Shown here: positions 45,437 to 59,400 of the stretch, piece after piece
How the letters are laid out: each line of letters begins with the position of its first letter
Position numbering within the stretch: the first letter of the stretch is position 1
NCBI GenBank assembly: GCA_036172245.1
Contig: JAYWIR010000032.1
Coordinates: 1,550,001 to 1,614,000 of the forward strand
DNA from: Raillietiella orientalis
Taxonomy: Eukaryota
DNA length: 64,000 nt
Reading direction: 5' to 3'
Notes under the pieces: generated by a model
The model's input: the letters and a program-made list of their open reading frames with translations, nothing else
Databases searched by the model: none
Told to the model about the DNA's origin: nothing
Made by a program: the position numbers and the translations under genes

Positions 45437-47833
45437 TCACATCATAGCAGAAGCCTTTCGTTCGTGCACTGCGGCTTCACTGCATGATGAAGCTATCAAT
45501 GCAGATACATATCCATGAAACGCTTCTGGATTAGAATCTGCATCTTGCAAGGTAAACTGATAGGAGCGAGGCAATGGATCTTTGCCAGCTAACAGCTAAA
45601 AGAGAATTTTATTCCTGTATGCAAACGTGCAATGCTGACCAGGAAAATCTTCATCTTGGCTCCACTTCTCTTACTACAAAAGATGGTGAACGACCTCACT
45701 AGATCAACTGCCACAAGGTGGGTAAAAGTTAGTGGCTGATGACAATTCCAAAAGAACAAATGAGAAGTAGAATCCAATATAAAAAACACTCCTGGATAAG
45801 CAATACTCCAACGGACAGAAAGCACATCACAGGATGCTTCTTCAAGTTGCCAAACATTGAGGGGAGCAGCCAGTTGGCAGCAATACAGAGCAACATATGC
45901 CTGCTGGCAGCCAACCTTAAGGGCCACAGGCATGGATATTTTCAAAAAAATCCTTAAATTACTGTTTACCAGCACTATTTGCTCCACCTGTGGATGTGGA
46001 TCCATACACAGGATTGGAGGACAGGCAGCCCCAACACTCCAGTATGCCTGTTCATGACTCACATGCTGAAAATGAGCTCTTTTTAAGAGCATGCTGTGCT
46101 CCTGCCACCATATGTAACATCCTTGCATGGCCAGAAAAGTGCTTCCCTGTAGTACGTTTTCACTTCGCAGTAAGCTTAGCATCAAACGTCCTTCTAAGGA
46201 AAGCCTAGGATTGTCTCCTGTGTTGGCCACCTGTACCACACCCCACACATGGAACTGATACTGATCTGTGGTGACCAGCTGAAATATCAACTGTCTTCAT
46301 CTACGAAACAAGGTGTGTTCTACCTGCCCTAACAGTTTAGGATCTATGTTTCTCTTTGCAGGCAAGATGAACATCTGCTCAATCTCCCCACTGGGGTCAT
46401 GACAAGCTATAAGAGATGTCAGTCATACTGCAATTTCAACATACATGACATAAAGGTGGGAGTTTGCACAGCTAGACCATTAATATGAAATGCATGAATG
46501 TCTGGATTTTCTTGGAGATCCCAAATGGCCAAAAGCCCTTCACTAGTTCCAGCACATGTACCCCAATCAGGATGACCACAAATACAGGTAACTTTAGCAG
46601 CTATACTTAATATTCTATATGGAAAAAGGGGAGCATCGAGCAACCAGACACATATCAGTGTGTTTCTTTCAAGCTCTCCTGCTGACTCTGATGGCACAAA
46701 ATGATGAACAGTCAAAAGCATTGATTCAAAGCCTGCAACCAATGTTAAGGTGTAATTTGGGGCTAAAAGCCCACTACAATCTCCAAGGAGCATGGAAGGG
46801 TAGAATGAAAAAAGAGAAGTATCTGTTGGAGTATGCAAGTTTTCTTGCAATAACTGAAGCATTATCTGCAGGAATCTGTTGAGGATGATCACATAGCTGA
46901 GCACCTACTGGAGTCCAAGCTCTCAGAAACTCTCTAAAATTTTGCCTGTTTTTCTCTATCTTTTTCCTGCTGGATGGTATTTCCATAGGATACTGTGTTC
47001 CTTGGTCACATTTTGGAGCTCTTAAAGTTTGGATTGCCTTATTGATTGTCAAAGGAATCTGCAACCCTATCTGTTCTGAACTTCATTAGTGAATCAGAGT
47101 CCAATCCACAAAATACCTCTGTTGAAAAGGGATGTTTCCAGCACATGTTTTGGAAACAAGGCTCCAAGTGAAAAAGATGAATAGTCTGTCCTGCTTTGAG
47201 AATAATCTGAGGAGCCTCTCTTTGATGAGACCTTGTAGGGAGTCTGCCACTGAATTGCAATCCACAGGTAAGTGTTTGCTTTTGGTTATCATATGAATGC
47301 ACTTCTGTGACCAACATTTGTTCATTTGCAATACTGATGTATCACATTTATTCAAGGTACTTGGAAAAAAGAAAAAAAAGAAACGTACTGTGATGTTTCC
47401 TTTGATGGATTTGTATATTCACTGTCGGTTACAGAATTATTTTTTAAATGTGGGTAGCGGTTGGTGTTACAAAAATTGGAATCGACTACAGTTGATGTGG
47501 AGGATTCAAAATCCGATTCATAGTCCTAAATGCACGAATATGAAACACGCATCTCCTAACTTCCCAGTGCACTGTGCTCATATAAATAGCATGCAGTGTG
47601 AATATAGCACTTGAAATTCCTACTTCAAAGTCATCCTCGTAGTGATACATCACAGAATTTTCTTCTTGAACATCTGCTTCATTTCCACTTTTATTTACTT
47701 TATGCGGTACCTCTGATAAAGTTGAAACATCTTTTCTAACTGGCAGATTTGAGATGTTTCTATAGACCCTATCTGGTTTCCGCTCTACTCCTGGAAACTT
47801 TTTTGTCGCTATTTTTGTTTTTTTGCTGGACAT
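45437..47833 (-). CDS. DYNC2I1: Dynein-2 intermediate chain 1 (WDR60-like), divergent. Exons approx. 47833-47624, 47525-47389, 47333-47117, 47070-46909, 46865-46445, 46406-46324, 46290-(45589, or spliced on to 45437)
   Basis: Phase-consistent GT-AG splicing yields YEDDFE|DYESDFE, LFHLEP, AIQT...TQYP, FLRAWTP|IMLQLLQEN, LICVW...KVTCIC, AGTSEGLLAIWDLQE...TPTFMS and WSIAYPGVFFILDSTSHLFFWN. These are collinear with WDR60 motifs as I recall them. The 3' end and possible in-frame introns in the last exon are uncertain. Confidence 0.75.
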
Positions 47834-48359
47834 TTTCTACCACGTGCATTAAATCTACAAAAAGCGACCACACACACATAATGAAAACGACAAAAATGTA
47901 TACATTTAAGAATCATACTTCAGGAACAAAATATGGAATTAAAGTTAGAATTCAAAATTACAAGAGACTGTAAATGTTTGCAGAACAGGAATTGATTAGT
48001 AAATGCGCTACGCTAGAAAATGTTTTCAGGGATCAGTAGAGACCATGCATTGCCAATGTGGACGGAGCACACGAGATCAAAGTCAGGCAAATGAAAAACG
48101 CAGCGAATTCCAACAGTCCTCAGCATTGCCAAGAGAAATTCGAATTTCTGACTCGAAAACAAAACGAAAAAAAAAAGCTCTAAAATCTCACTTGTGACAC
48201 GTTTAACAGTGTTTCGTCTTGAAACCTTCCTGTCCTCACGTAAAGCGGTGGTCAAGGTATGTCTGTGCTACTTTAGGTAACTTAATGTCTTGCATTTTTG
48301 GATGATTGTTTCCGGGCTCATTGCAATTTTTTCCGGAGATTAGTTCCATTTAGCTTACT

Positions 48360-48822
48360 CGTTATAATTAAACCGAACTTTCGCTCCCCTTTTTCCCCAA
48401 ATATAAACCTATGTCTATATTCATTAGGCCTTCAAAACGAAACTGAGGGTTGATGGACTCACACAAAAGGTGACTTGGTAGATGATTTATTATTAGTAGC
48501 AGATTTAGTATAAAGACTCGCGTAAGTTTTCAGTAATCAACTAATGAATTGTTTCTTTTGCTGCTAACATCATAAAATTTTATTCACTTTAAAGTTTAGG
48601 AGAATGTAAACCAAAATACATAAATCATTGGTCTATTAAATTAGGAAAAATTGAACCTGAAATTGAATTGAATTAATCAATGTTGATATAGCGAATAGCA
48701 AATTGGTGCTATCTAGATTCAAGCAGTCGTGGATCTGCAGATTTAGGGTAGCATTTTAGTTCATTCGTAATCGTTATTATTGCACTGATGTTTCAGTGTT
48801 AAAACTAGGGAGAAAGCACCAG
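48360..48822. promoter_or_regulatory. Probable shared (bidirectional) promoter and 5' UTR region between the DYNC2I1-like gene and ABCF2
   Basis: The genes are head to head (ATGs at 47833 and 50438). Outward-facing donor-like sites (GTAAGC on minus near 48358, CAG|GTAATA on plus at 48823) suggest non-coding first exons. Confidence 0.35.
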
Positions 48823-50437
48823 GTAATATTCTTGCAAGCTAATTTGTGTTTTCTAAAAAAATAGTATACATCTCGAACTCTTGTATCCCTCTTGCTCTGA
48901 TCATATTATGTGCATTTGAAAACTAAGGATTGCTACAAAATACTTATATCAAATTAGACACCGAAATTAGATGTGGTTGAAGTTTATTCTTGTAGTTGCA
49001 AGCATAAGTGTAGACTATTTCGGTGGAACATGGAAAAAGATTAAGGCAAAGTGCAATTTAGGATGACGTTTAGAAACGCTTTAGTATGAATATAAGTAAA
49101 GTATTTCAGTGCACGTTGATGACAACCGGTGTCGTTGAAACATTGCAGGACACTGCAATTATAGTTTGAGAATTTTATAGATGGCTCTCCACACTACACA
49201 GAGTTTTTGGCAATAGCTAAACCTGGAAGAAACACATTTCACCTATTTGGGGTTGTAATCAACACATAGACAATGGTTTGGATTCTACTTTTAAAATTGC
49301 CCTATATGAATGTTAGTTTCGAAAATCTTACTGAGAAAAAATTCCAATAGCAGCATGCTTTCTAATTATGCTTGCTGAATTAAGTAAGTTCTTGATTTAA
49401 AATAATAATTTGATCTCTAATATAGTAACTTTTGGAAAATCTTAAACCACAATGACAAAGGAATGTGCTGCATAGAGTCACAGAAGTTTGGATGAGTTGG
49501 AAGCTTCTTAGGTATTTTTATGGAACATATGGAAGCTACTAAAATGGGCTGCGCCCTGTTACAGTTAAAATCAAAAAAAAAGATAATAGGTTTTATTAAT
49601 ATAAAAAACTGCTATGTATCTTTGGAAAGATATTAATCCTCAAATTGAAAACTTTATCAAATTTCGAAAATCAGTTTTCAAGCAATGTTTGGGCGTACTT
49701 GTGCGTTGAAAGGATTTGTGTTCGGGATACAGAACTCCTTTCACTATAATCAAATGATGATTCTTTTGAAAATGATCTTAGTGGCAGGACTAAACATTCC
49801 AAATTTATGCGTAAATGTCTTTAAATTCGAATTATAGAGGAACATGTCCATTGCTTACATTCCTTTTTATTCACGTATTTTTTATTAATTGCTTTTATAT
49901 CAATTTTGTCTGCTCTATTAAATGATTTGTTGAATTTTTTAAATTCATGAATAACTTGTGTTTTCAGGAACTCTTATTCTGAATTATTTTCCGAGCATGA
50001 TTGAAGTTATCTTATCGATTTTTTATGTTCTATTATTCCAGTGCTATTTTCTGTACAATTCGCGGATTACCTCAAGTGTAGTTCCATGTTTGAATCAAGG
50101 TGGACATTCTATTTATTTTTCTATTTATTCTTTAAATGTCACTTATGTACTTTTTTGAATTTTTCTTTAGTATCAGTTTTCGGAATGAGTGTTTCTTCAG
50201 GAAAGGCTATATAGTCACTGGATGCAAATTTTGGTTTATAATTTTGTATTCTGATACCCCTCACCTATCTTGCAGGCAAGGAAGGCCATGCATTAGCAGC
50301 CTGTGCACGATGAATTAAATGAAACTGTATGAAGGTCATTCTGGAAACGGAAAAAAATTATATTTCTACAGCTTGTAGCCTGCACTGTATTGATCTAAAT
50401 ATTATTGGAGATTTTATTTTTTTACTGAAATACCAAA

Positions 50438-52848
50438 ATGCCTTCTGATGCCAAGAAAAAGAGAGATGCCAAAAAGAAAGAGGCAGCGAAGTCGAGAGAA
50501 GCAGGATCTTTAAAAAAAGTGGAAAAGAATTCTGTTGATAAATCTGAAACGAAGTTAGCAAATGGAGTTGCTTCAAATAGTCATCCAGCTTCAGGAGAAA
50601 AACATTTTCCCACGGAAGAAGGTAATTTTGAAAAAGCTATCGTTATAGTGATTCTTTATGATGCTACAATATAAGTTTAATACAAAAGAAGCTTCATCAT
50701 TTATGCCTGAATACATATTGGTAACATTCATGCCAGTGCAGTTTAATTCAGTATTGTTACGTATCATGTTTAAGATAGTTTTGGATATTTGAAATTCCGA
50801 ATTTTAGGGTATCTTAATTTTTTTAACCAATTACCTTTGTTTGCTTATAATTAAGTGACTTAAAATCACAACAAATATGTGTATACAAAAGTGTTTTGTA
50901 GAAGAACTTTGTGCTTCTTTGGAAACTGAGATGAGACTGGCATCAGAGGCCCGAGCAGTAACTGGAGTATTAGCAATTCATCCTCGTAGCAGAGATATTA
51001 AGATTGATAATATATCTATAACGTTTCATGGAGCCGAGATACTAACAGATAGCCATTTAGAATTGAATTGTGGTAGACGATATGGTTTATTGGGCTCCAA
51101 TGGATGTGGCAAATCAACACTACTAGCAGCCTTAGGAAACAGGGAATTGCCAATCCCAAGTCACATTGATATTTATCATCTTACTCGAGAGATGCCTGCT
51201 TCGGAAAAATCTGCACTGCAAGCAGTCATGGAAGTAGATGAGGAAAGAATAAGATTAGAGCGTTTAGCTGAAGAATTGGTGCACTATGAAGATGATGGTG
51301 AGAAGATATTGAAACTTCTTGAAAGGTTTTGTAGAGTCTCAGGAACAATTGATGGATGTATATGAAAGACTTGAGGAAATTGGGGCTGATACAGCAGAAG
51401 CAAGGGCTGCCTACATTTTGAAAGGTCTTGGTTTCAGCCCAGAAATGCAGCAGAGACCTTGCAAAGATTTTTCTGGAGGCTGGCGCATGCGAATTTCCTT
51501 GGCCCGAGCTCTATATGTAAAACCACATCTTCTGTTACTGGATGAGCCTACTAACCATTTAGATTTGGATGCTTGTGTTTGGCTGGAAGAAGAACTCAAG
51601 ATGTGAATATTTCTGATAGTGTTGGTGACCATATAGCTTTTCCTAGGTATAAACGTATCCTGGTGTTTATCTCTCATTCACAAGATTTTCTTAATGGAGT
51701 TTGCACCAACATTATTCACCTGCACAAGAAAAAGCTCAAATATTATGGGGTAAATGAAAGTGGATCAAGTTTTTCATGAGTATTTTTTCATTTTTTTTCA
51801 GGGTAACTATGATGCATTTGTTCAGACTCGGATGGAATTGTTGGAGAACCAAGCCAAACAGTATAGTTGGGAGCAAGACCAAATTGCTCATATGAAGGTT
51901 CGTCGACGTTTTGGATCTAAATAATCTCTGCTTGTAGAATTATATTGCAAGATTTGGCCATGGCAGTGCTAAATTGGCTCGGCAGGCACAAAGCAAGGAG
52001 AAAACTCTGCAAAAAATGGTTGCTGGAGGACTTACAGAAAAAGTAGTTGCGGACCGTACAGTAACATTTCATTTTCCATCCTGTGGGAAAATCCCACCAC
52101 CTGTCATTATGGTGCAGGTAAATGCATGAACAGGAATTTCAAGATTTGCTGTGCTGGATAGAATGTTAGCTTTCGTTATCGAGAAAACACTCCCTGGATT
52201 TATCAGCATCTTGAATTTGGAATAGATCTTGATACACGATTAGCCCTTGTGGGACCCAATGGGGCAGGAAAGAGCACACTAATAAAATTGTTATATGGAG
52301 ATCTAGTTCCCACTGAAGGCATGATTCGTAAAAATACCCATCTACGTTTAGCACGCTACCACCAGCATTTGCATGAACTTCTTGATCTTGATATGTCCCC
52401 CTTGGATTACATGCTGCGCTCTTTCCCAGAAGTGAAAGAAAGAGAAGAAATGAGGCGTGCAATTGGTCGTTATGGGCTTACAGGCAAGCAGCAAGTTTCC
52501 CCAATGCGTCAGCTAAGTGATGGTCAGCGATGCCGGGTAGTATTTGCTTGGTTAGCTTTCCAAGCTCCACATTTATTGCTGTTGGATGAACCTACTAATC
52601 ACTTAGATATGGAAACTATTGATGCTTTAGCAGAAGCTATCAATAATTTTGAAGGAGGAATGGTGCTTGTGTCTCATGATTTCAGACTCATTTCTCAAGT
52701 TGCTAGTGAAATTTGGGTATGTGAGAAAGGAACAGTGACACCCTGGAAAGGAAACATCCAATCATATAAGGAATTTCTACGTGGGAAAGTGAAGAAAGCA
52801 AATTTGCAATATCAAAAACTTTTTTCATCAAAAGGCACACATAAGTGA
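50438..52848 (+). CDS. ABCF2: ATP-binding cassette sub-family F member 2, ~637 aa. Exons 50438-50621, 50902-51297, 51335-51602, 51647-51749, 51802-51897, 51938-52117, 52162-52848
   Basis: [19 protein letters not shown]-terminus. Two ABC domains ([58 protein letters not shown]) and the linker [24 protein letters not shown]. All six introns are GT-AG and phase consistent. Confidence 0.97.
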
Positions 52849-55800
52849 TCTTTAAGTATTTTATATTTATTTTCAAATGTGTGATAATCTCTTTTATGTG
52901 TAATATGAGAATCAAATTTCCAATTGACTATGGCATTCATCAAGTAAGTACTTTCCCATTTGGATAATCTTCTGAAATTAAGGTGCATGTGAATTTTCAC
53001 AGATTTTTCTAATCTACTGTTGTAATGCAGTTGTGACAAAAGAATTTCTGAACCGTTGGCAAATGCACAATGTGGAGCTTGAATATTTTAAATTTATGTA
53101 AGATGAATGCATGTAATAAACAGGAAGGTCTGTAAACATTTTGTGTTTTTTTTCCAATGGTCAAAATTGCTGAGTCAAATGCCATTGCATCATGTTTCAT
53201 CATTAAAATTTTATGGAGCTGCCAATTTCACAAAGTACAAAATATTGTCTGAGAACTCAGGTATAAGAAGGTATTTGTTTTTCTGTTTGTGGACACATTT
53301 CTATCAGGACTACCATGAATTGTGTATATGGAAACATGATTTGAATATTGATGTATAATATTATTTGTAACATAAGCTCTATATGTACACAATCCCCTAA
53401 AAAGGAATTTTCGTGCAAGTGCATAAATTAAGATATTTTCTATATTTTCTTGTATGACTTGAACACTGATCACTGAAAACATTTGTTGAGATGTGAATCA
53501 AGGATTAATTAACAATTCAGGACAAACACAAGGTCCAACAATTTGTATTAAATTGTTTAGTTGTTGAGGTTTGATGAGACATCTGTGATAATTATTTTTA
53601 GCAATTAGCAATAGGTTTAATGGTGAGGAATTTGAGAGAATGTGAGAATTGCAGTGGCTACTTTGTGCGTAGAATTGGGTTGCATTTGAAATTGTTTTAC
53701 ATAGGATTTTTCTTGATAGCCAGGAACCATAACTTTATGGCTTTATCTGAGCCTAAATCATTCAAATTAATAGACACTAGTAATTTCCTAATGTAAGTGT
53801 ATTTTTTATTTTTTACATGCTCCTGCTGTAAGCACTAGTCAGCAATTTCATTTGGGGTTTTAACATAGTCAGCTATCAGGAAAAACATACTAGCAGAAGA
53901 GGCTACTGTGCAATGGAACTTGACAGGTGGATAGAAAAACAGTCATTCTGGAGATGTTACAGTAAAATTGAAATGCCATGATTTTCGTTTCATGAACTTG
54001 GCACTTTTATTTCTGTTGAATTTTGAAGTGCTCTGTGATAACATAAACACTGTGCAGCAAGTTTAGGATGCTAGTGTAACAATACTCAATGAAACAAGCC
54101 ATTAATTAACAGGAAGATGGCTGTTACCTGCTAATTTGCGAATCTAGGTAAGTGAAAGGTGCAGTTGTATTGAAAGCTGTATACTGTTTATCTGTCGAAT
54201 TCTGTGACAGCAGACAGATGTGAGGATAAATAATTTGTCCTATCGAGGACAGCAGACTTTTTTTGTGATTTGTAAAACAAATCAGAACACTCGTTATGTA
54301 GCATTATCCATGCTCATGTATGCCAGGGCATCAACATCTAAATTGTTGCTATTTTATTTGGCTCAGTTTATGCATCAACTGCATTATGGACTTCTTGCAC
54401 TATTATTGTGTATGCAAACTATTTGATGTTGCAGTCTGCCTGATGCTGTATCTGTGAGTCTTTTTGTAATGTTGCACCCAGCATCGATCATCACCAAGGA
54501 CAATGAAGAAAAATGTTGAAATCATTACAGTTCTTTCGTGTAAGCTAGAGAGTAATAATAGTGACAGCTATTAGTGTCCATGATGGAAAGTCACCCCAGT
54601 TGGTAGGTGCTGTTGAACCCCAGGTGTTATTAACTGTAATTTTGCTTTTGTAACTCCAGTCCCAAACAAGCTTGCTGAATCCAAACATCTTGACTGTACA
54701 TCCCGATGGCGATTCGAGTGCAAATCCTTTTTTGTGCGGCAGTGCTTTTTCTGTTGGTAGTGCATCATGCTCATGGGAAATCACGCCTCCTGTTTTGTAG
54801 CCGTGTTCAAGGAAACCGAGCAGGAAAGGCAGTCCTCATGAAGAGACTCAAGTTCCACTTCCAGAATGTTCTGCTGGGCAGCATGCATGCGTTTTGTGTA
54901 TCCAACTTGCGTTGAACACTGGCAGAACGCATTTTGCACGGCGCAGTGGTACATAGGCGAGCTGTCTTTACGTCATCACTCGTTGCGGTGATCCTGTGCC
55001 TCTTTTCGGTATCATCACATGATGATTTTGGGGTTTTCACATATCAACATCGATGCCATTCTTGCAGTGCCAACACATGTTTTCATTTTTTTTGCGACCG
55101 AAAGCACTGGGTCTGCCGCATGTCCGACCATCCGCCCTTTTCTCTTATGGAACACACCACGAACAGCCAAACACCAGCTTTTTCACGTATCTAAAATCGG
55201 AGATTTGAGGAACCACCCAAAAGCAGGAAATCTTGCGATCATTTGCATCACCGCTTCCATCGCACTCGATCTGGGCGTCCAGTTGGTGTCAAGACCCGAG
55301 AAGCTTAGTGCCATGCCAACATCCGATCGGCACACGGCGCTGCATGATGGAAACACAATGCAGAGAATAGCTCTCTTGACCTTGTAGCATTCTAAGAACG
55401 AAGTAGCAACGAACTTTTTTCTCTCTCTTCTCCCTCTGGCAATCCCTCTTCCCTACTAGCGATGCCCATTTGCGCTGACATGCTGGCCTTGAGGCTAGCT
55501 GAACGTGATTCTGCAAACACCGTGACGTCACGCAGTAGGTTGCCCAGCAGTTGGAAAAAGCTGGGCAGGTTTTTTTATATTTTTCTTTTTCTTTTTGCTC
55601 GGAGCGACGTTTCAGATTCCGTTGAGAGCGATGCTTGAAGAAAAAGCCAAGCGGAAGGATGCCGAGATTAAAGTGAACAGAATGACCACCCGCCCGTCGA
55701 AACACCTCAGTAAAAAGCAGTCTCAGAGAGCCAGCCACGGTGGCAGGTTCCTGCTTATCCCCTTAAACGGATGAGCAGAGCGAGGTCGAGAGCCGTGTGG

Positions 55801-56312
55801 CTGGATATCCCAAAGCTGCACGCAAAGACAACTCCGACACGAAATCAAACCGCTAAACATGTGGGGTGGGAGTGAACCAGTTTCCCGTTTCCCTGCAGTT
55901 TGAGAATCACTGAATCCGTCCGCGCAGGAACATTTGTGTCACGGCGACTTCCGTGTGAAAACCGAAACACTTTCTCAACGGGGCCATGGCACATTCGATG
56001 TCTGAACAGCCTCTTTCCACGATCCGCTTGCGTTGCTCCGAACCGTAGTGGGCGCGCGCTCTGCAACCAGAAGTAACATTTGGCACTCCCTGACGAAGTA
56101 GGTGGGGCTCCTGGGGCCCCCGTGGGGTACACTCCGCGTTGCACTCCGTGCCCAGTGGGCTACGCATGGATGGGATAGCATTTCTGGAACAACGAAAAGA
56201 CGTATCTTCAACGTTATGGCAGTTGAATGTTTTGCAATAAAAAGGGTGGGGGAAGGGCATGGGGTTTGTTATTCAACTTAAAGAAGGCCTTTGGAACTTC
56301 GCTGATATTTAG

Positions 56313-57425
56313 CCCTTGACATCCCAGTATGGTTTCCTAACGTAACTGACCAGTAGTGTCCGATGGGCACATTACATTATGTTAAAACGAAGTAAATAAT
56401 TTGCAAAAAAATTATCATACTAGACAAGTCCTGAATAGTCTTATTATTTTTATTATTTGACGCAGATTATCTTTTTAGTGCCAGTCTATCCCTTGACTTT
56501 TTAAGTGTCCTGGTATTTCTACCGTCAAATCTTAGAAAACGTAGAAATGGACGCAAATCGATTTCTCCCCATGGTCGCACGGAATTACCAAATATCGGAT
56601 CCCCGCACTCTCTAAAAATCCACCTTTCTCCGTTTATTAGCACCAGCAGTCAATAGTGGACCTATAATTGCTTGTGATTCGATCGTATCCATTTGTTTTC
56701 CCAATTCTCTTTCAGCTTCGGAATTGGTAAGTTTTGCAATAAGTTCCCGTGTATTCCGGTCGGAAAATGAATGGAAGCTGCCGGTAGGATCTGGAATTCC
56801 TTTCTCATGAACTCCGCCCCTGATTCCATTATGCCGTAAAGTTCTTCCCATGTTTTCCGGTGTTGCTTTCCACTTGGCTCCATCGTTTCCCACATATTCA
56901 TCAATCGGATTATTATAATTATTTGCTTGTTCCTCTTCATTTGTATTTTCGCCATCACTGTATAATTTGCTGATCATCGACTTCAGATGCTCCTTCTGTG
57001 AAGTTACTTTCACTATCAGGGGCACTATCTATAATGAAATCTACGCGTCGGCATACGTTAGTGAATATGGATAGAATGAACAAAACTAGTATGACAAAGG
57101 TAGGAAAAATAGTAATAAATAAAAATAGCATACTTTTCGCATTATTTACTTGTAGGTTTCAACAGGTTCAAACGTGCGAATTTGCATTATACCCAACATT
57201 GTCCAATGCGCACATCTCAGCTGCCATGTTGTATTTTTAGTAAATTACTACAATAAAGAAAAGAATGCTTTTTTTAAAAAAAAAAAAATTTGGTAAGATC
57301 ATTTTGAATATTAAACAAAGAGGATAAGTTAGACAAAGTACTTTCGCAATCAAATAAAGACTTTGGATTTTATACGTAAGTCAGTCAAAAGATGTGTCCA
57401 TCGGACACTATTGACATGTTGAGGG
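56313..57425 (-). mobile_element. Internally deleted, decayed piggyBac element (~1.1 kb)
   Basis: Right end ...GAGGG|TTAA (57426-57429), left end TTAG|CCC. TIRs share TAGTGTCCGATGG(A/G)CACAT. Minus-strand transposase remnants: YVGNDGAKW...GRT, LTNSEA, AIIGPLLTAG, MGRNRF, FLRFDGRNTR...DRLA. No catalytic DDD region seen. Confidence 0.88.
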
Positions 57426-58559
57426 TTAATCCATTTTTAGCAGTTCTATAGTATCAGTTTTATCATCCTCGTCGTCGACATATTCGTCGTATCTTGTCGC
57501 ACTGTTTTCTTTGCGGGAATTCAAATGGAGTGGGATTCCACCTACTTAAAAGACACATTTTTTTGTTGTTCCATAAATGCTATCATATTTATGTGTAACC
57601 CACAGGACACGTGTAACCCGTATAATGCCCGCCGCATTATACCGGGGGCTTGCCGTACACTTCTTTTTCAAAGTGCCACCTACTTAAATCACGTGTTCGT
57701 GTTCTTTTTGAAAACTCACACTGCACACAACCGAGCGACGATTCAGCCGCAGCGTCGTCAATTAGTACTTGTTGACTTTTGATGACCCTGTTTGACACCA
57801 CGTGCCTACTCTGAACTCTGGTTAGCTTTGCTGCGAGCTCCGTCACGACGCCTAGTGGAATAGGCGTTTGCGATCCAAATGAACACTGCGTGCACGGTTT
57901 CCGAAGGAATGATAGAAAGTGCTCTATTTCGAGGATCTGCAGGGTTGCCTGCCATCTTCGAATTCCAATTTCGGTCGTAAGCGCTTCTGATCCATGGACT
58001 TTTAAGAAACTGCTTGTCTTCCTGCTTTCTTCCAAACTCCAGCAAATGCGGGGGAATGGTCTCACCTTTTCACGTCGGGAAATTCGGCGCGGATCCCAGT
58101 GTTCTTCAAGCCGTCTTCCTTTTTGGAACTCTGGGCCCCCTCCGCATGGACAGAATGGCTTGGAGGTTCGGTCCCGGGAAGCACTTTTGATTCCATGCCT
58201 CGTCTTCTTCTAATGGGAGATCCCCTTGTTCCTCGCAGCTTGCGTTCTTCGAAAGGATTCTTGAGAAAGGCTGCCACATTCCAGGATTGCCAAGAGAAGA
58301 CGCAAGGAGTCTCCAGTTTCGTGCGCTGCAACCATCCACAGTTTGTGAGTGGGTTTGCCAAGACTGTACTCTTCTTTTTTTTTTTTTTTTATTTATTCAT
58401 TTTTTGACAAGGAGTATTTCGTGGTCAGATTTTTACTAACTGATCGTTGAAGGTGTGTTCGATCAAGGTGAGTGTTCGAGAGATCGGTTCATTCGACTGT
58501 GCTTGTCCTCATCAATTCGACCCGGACATTCTCGTAGTCCCATCGATACGTTGCAGTGC

Positions 58560-59400
58560 ACACCAAGTATTGGGGTCAAGTATTCGGGCCAGCCCAAGGA
58601 CGCTGCGAAAATTTGTGCCTCACCGAAAGAACCATTGCGCTGGAATGATCTGCTGGGAATCCCACAGCAAGGCCTCGAGTGGCCTCCAGCGCTGAAGAAC
58701 AACCGGACCCTTCCTCTGAAGCGGCACGAGTCGCCATTCCTGCTGTTGCACTGAGGTCTCCCGCGCCCGCCGGTCTCACTGGACCCGGGTGGCCGTGAAC
58801 CTCAACTGTTGCAGGTGAGGGAAACGGGAATCTCAGCTGCCGCACCTGCTCGTAAGCTGCGTTGCCCTCCGGCCCCTGTGGTGGTTGCGTTACCCAACGG
58901 CCCGCGGTGCACCGACAGCAATCAGTGGACGTGGTGAAGCGCCTCTTCGTGCGCGGTGCCCTTTCGTCCGGCGCATCCCCACAGCAGCTTTTTGCTGCTG
59001 CCCACGCGCGATTGAGGCCGCCTGGAGCTACGCGAGAGGAAGGCGGCGAGATAGACGGCGCACTATCTGCTTCGCCCTGCGCTTCCTGCGGACGGCAGCC
59101 AGATATGAGCATATTCGGACGGAACTTGCCAGCATCTTGGAAAGGATGCAGAGGACACCCTCCAGCGGACAGTGATCCCTTCCCGTGCCCCCCAGATCGT
59201 TCCTTTTTTCATTTATTTTTGTTTGTGTTTCCCCCTCCGCTGCCCAGGCGAACCTCGCCCGTCTGCGTGCCGGTTGCTCGGCAGGCTCCGAGCATTTTCG
59301 GGCAATCTACAGCCGATCGCCCTACACCTGTATGTTCATTACTTTTATAATAAACGCCCCGCAGTTACCGGGTGTTAAACCAAGTACTGAGGCTGCCTTT
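58560..59400 (+). mobile_element. Decayed L1/Tx1-like 3' fragment
   Basis: NLNCCR*GKRESQLPHLLVSCVALRPLW (zf-RVT-like). The 3' region is homologous to the RC of 32830-33130, and AATAAACGCC is at 59349. Confidence 0.7.

Noticed and set aside
47360..47388. 29-nt intron in the WDR60-like gene
   Set aside because: A CAG acceptor at 47334 (55-nt intron) gives the frame containing LFHLEP and a clean phase-0 next junction, which fits better.
48823..50901. Intronic C/D snoRNAs in the longer ABCF2 introns
   Set aside because: C-box-like words (e.g. ATGATGA near 49754) lack a suitably spaced CTGA and terminal stem.
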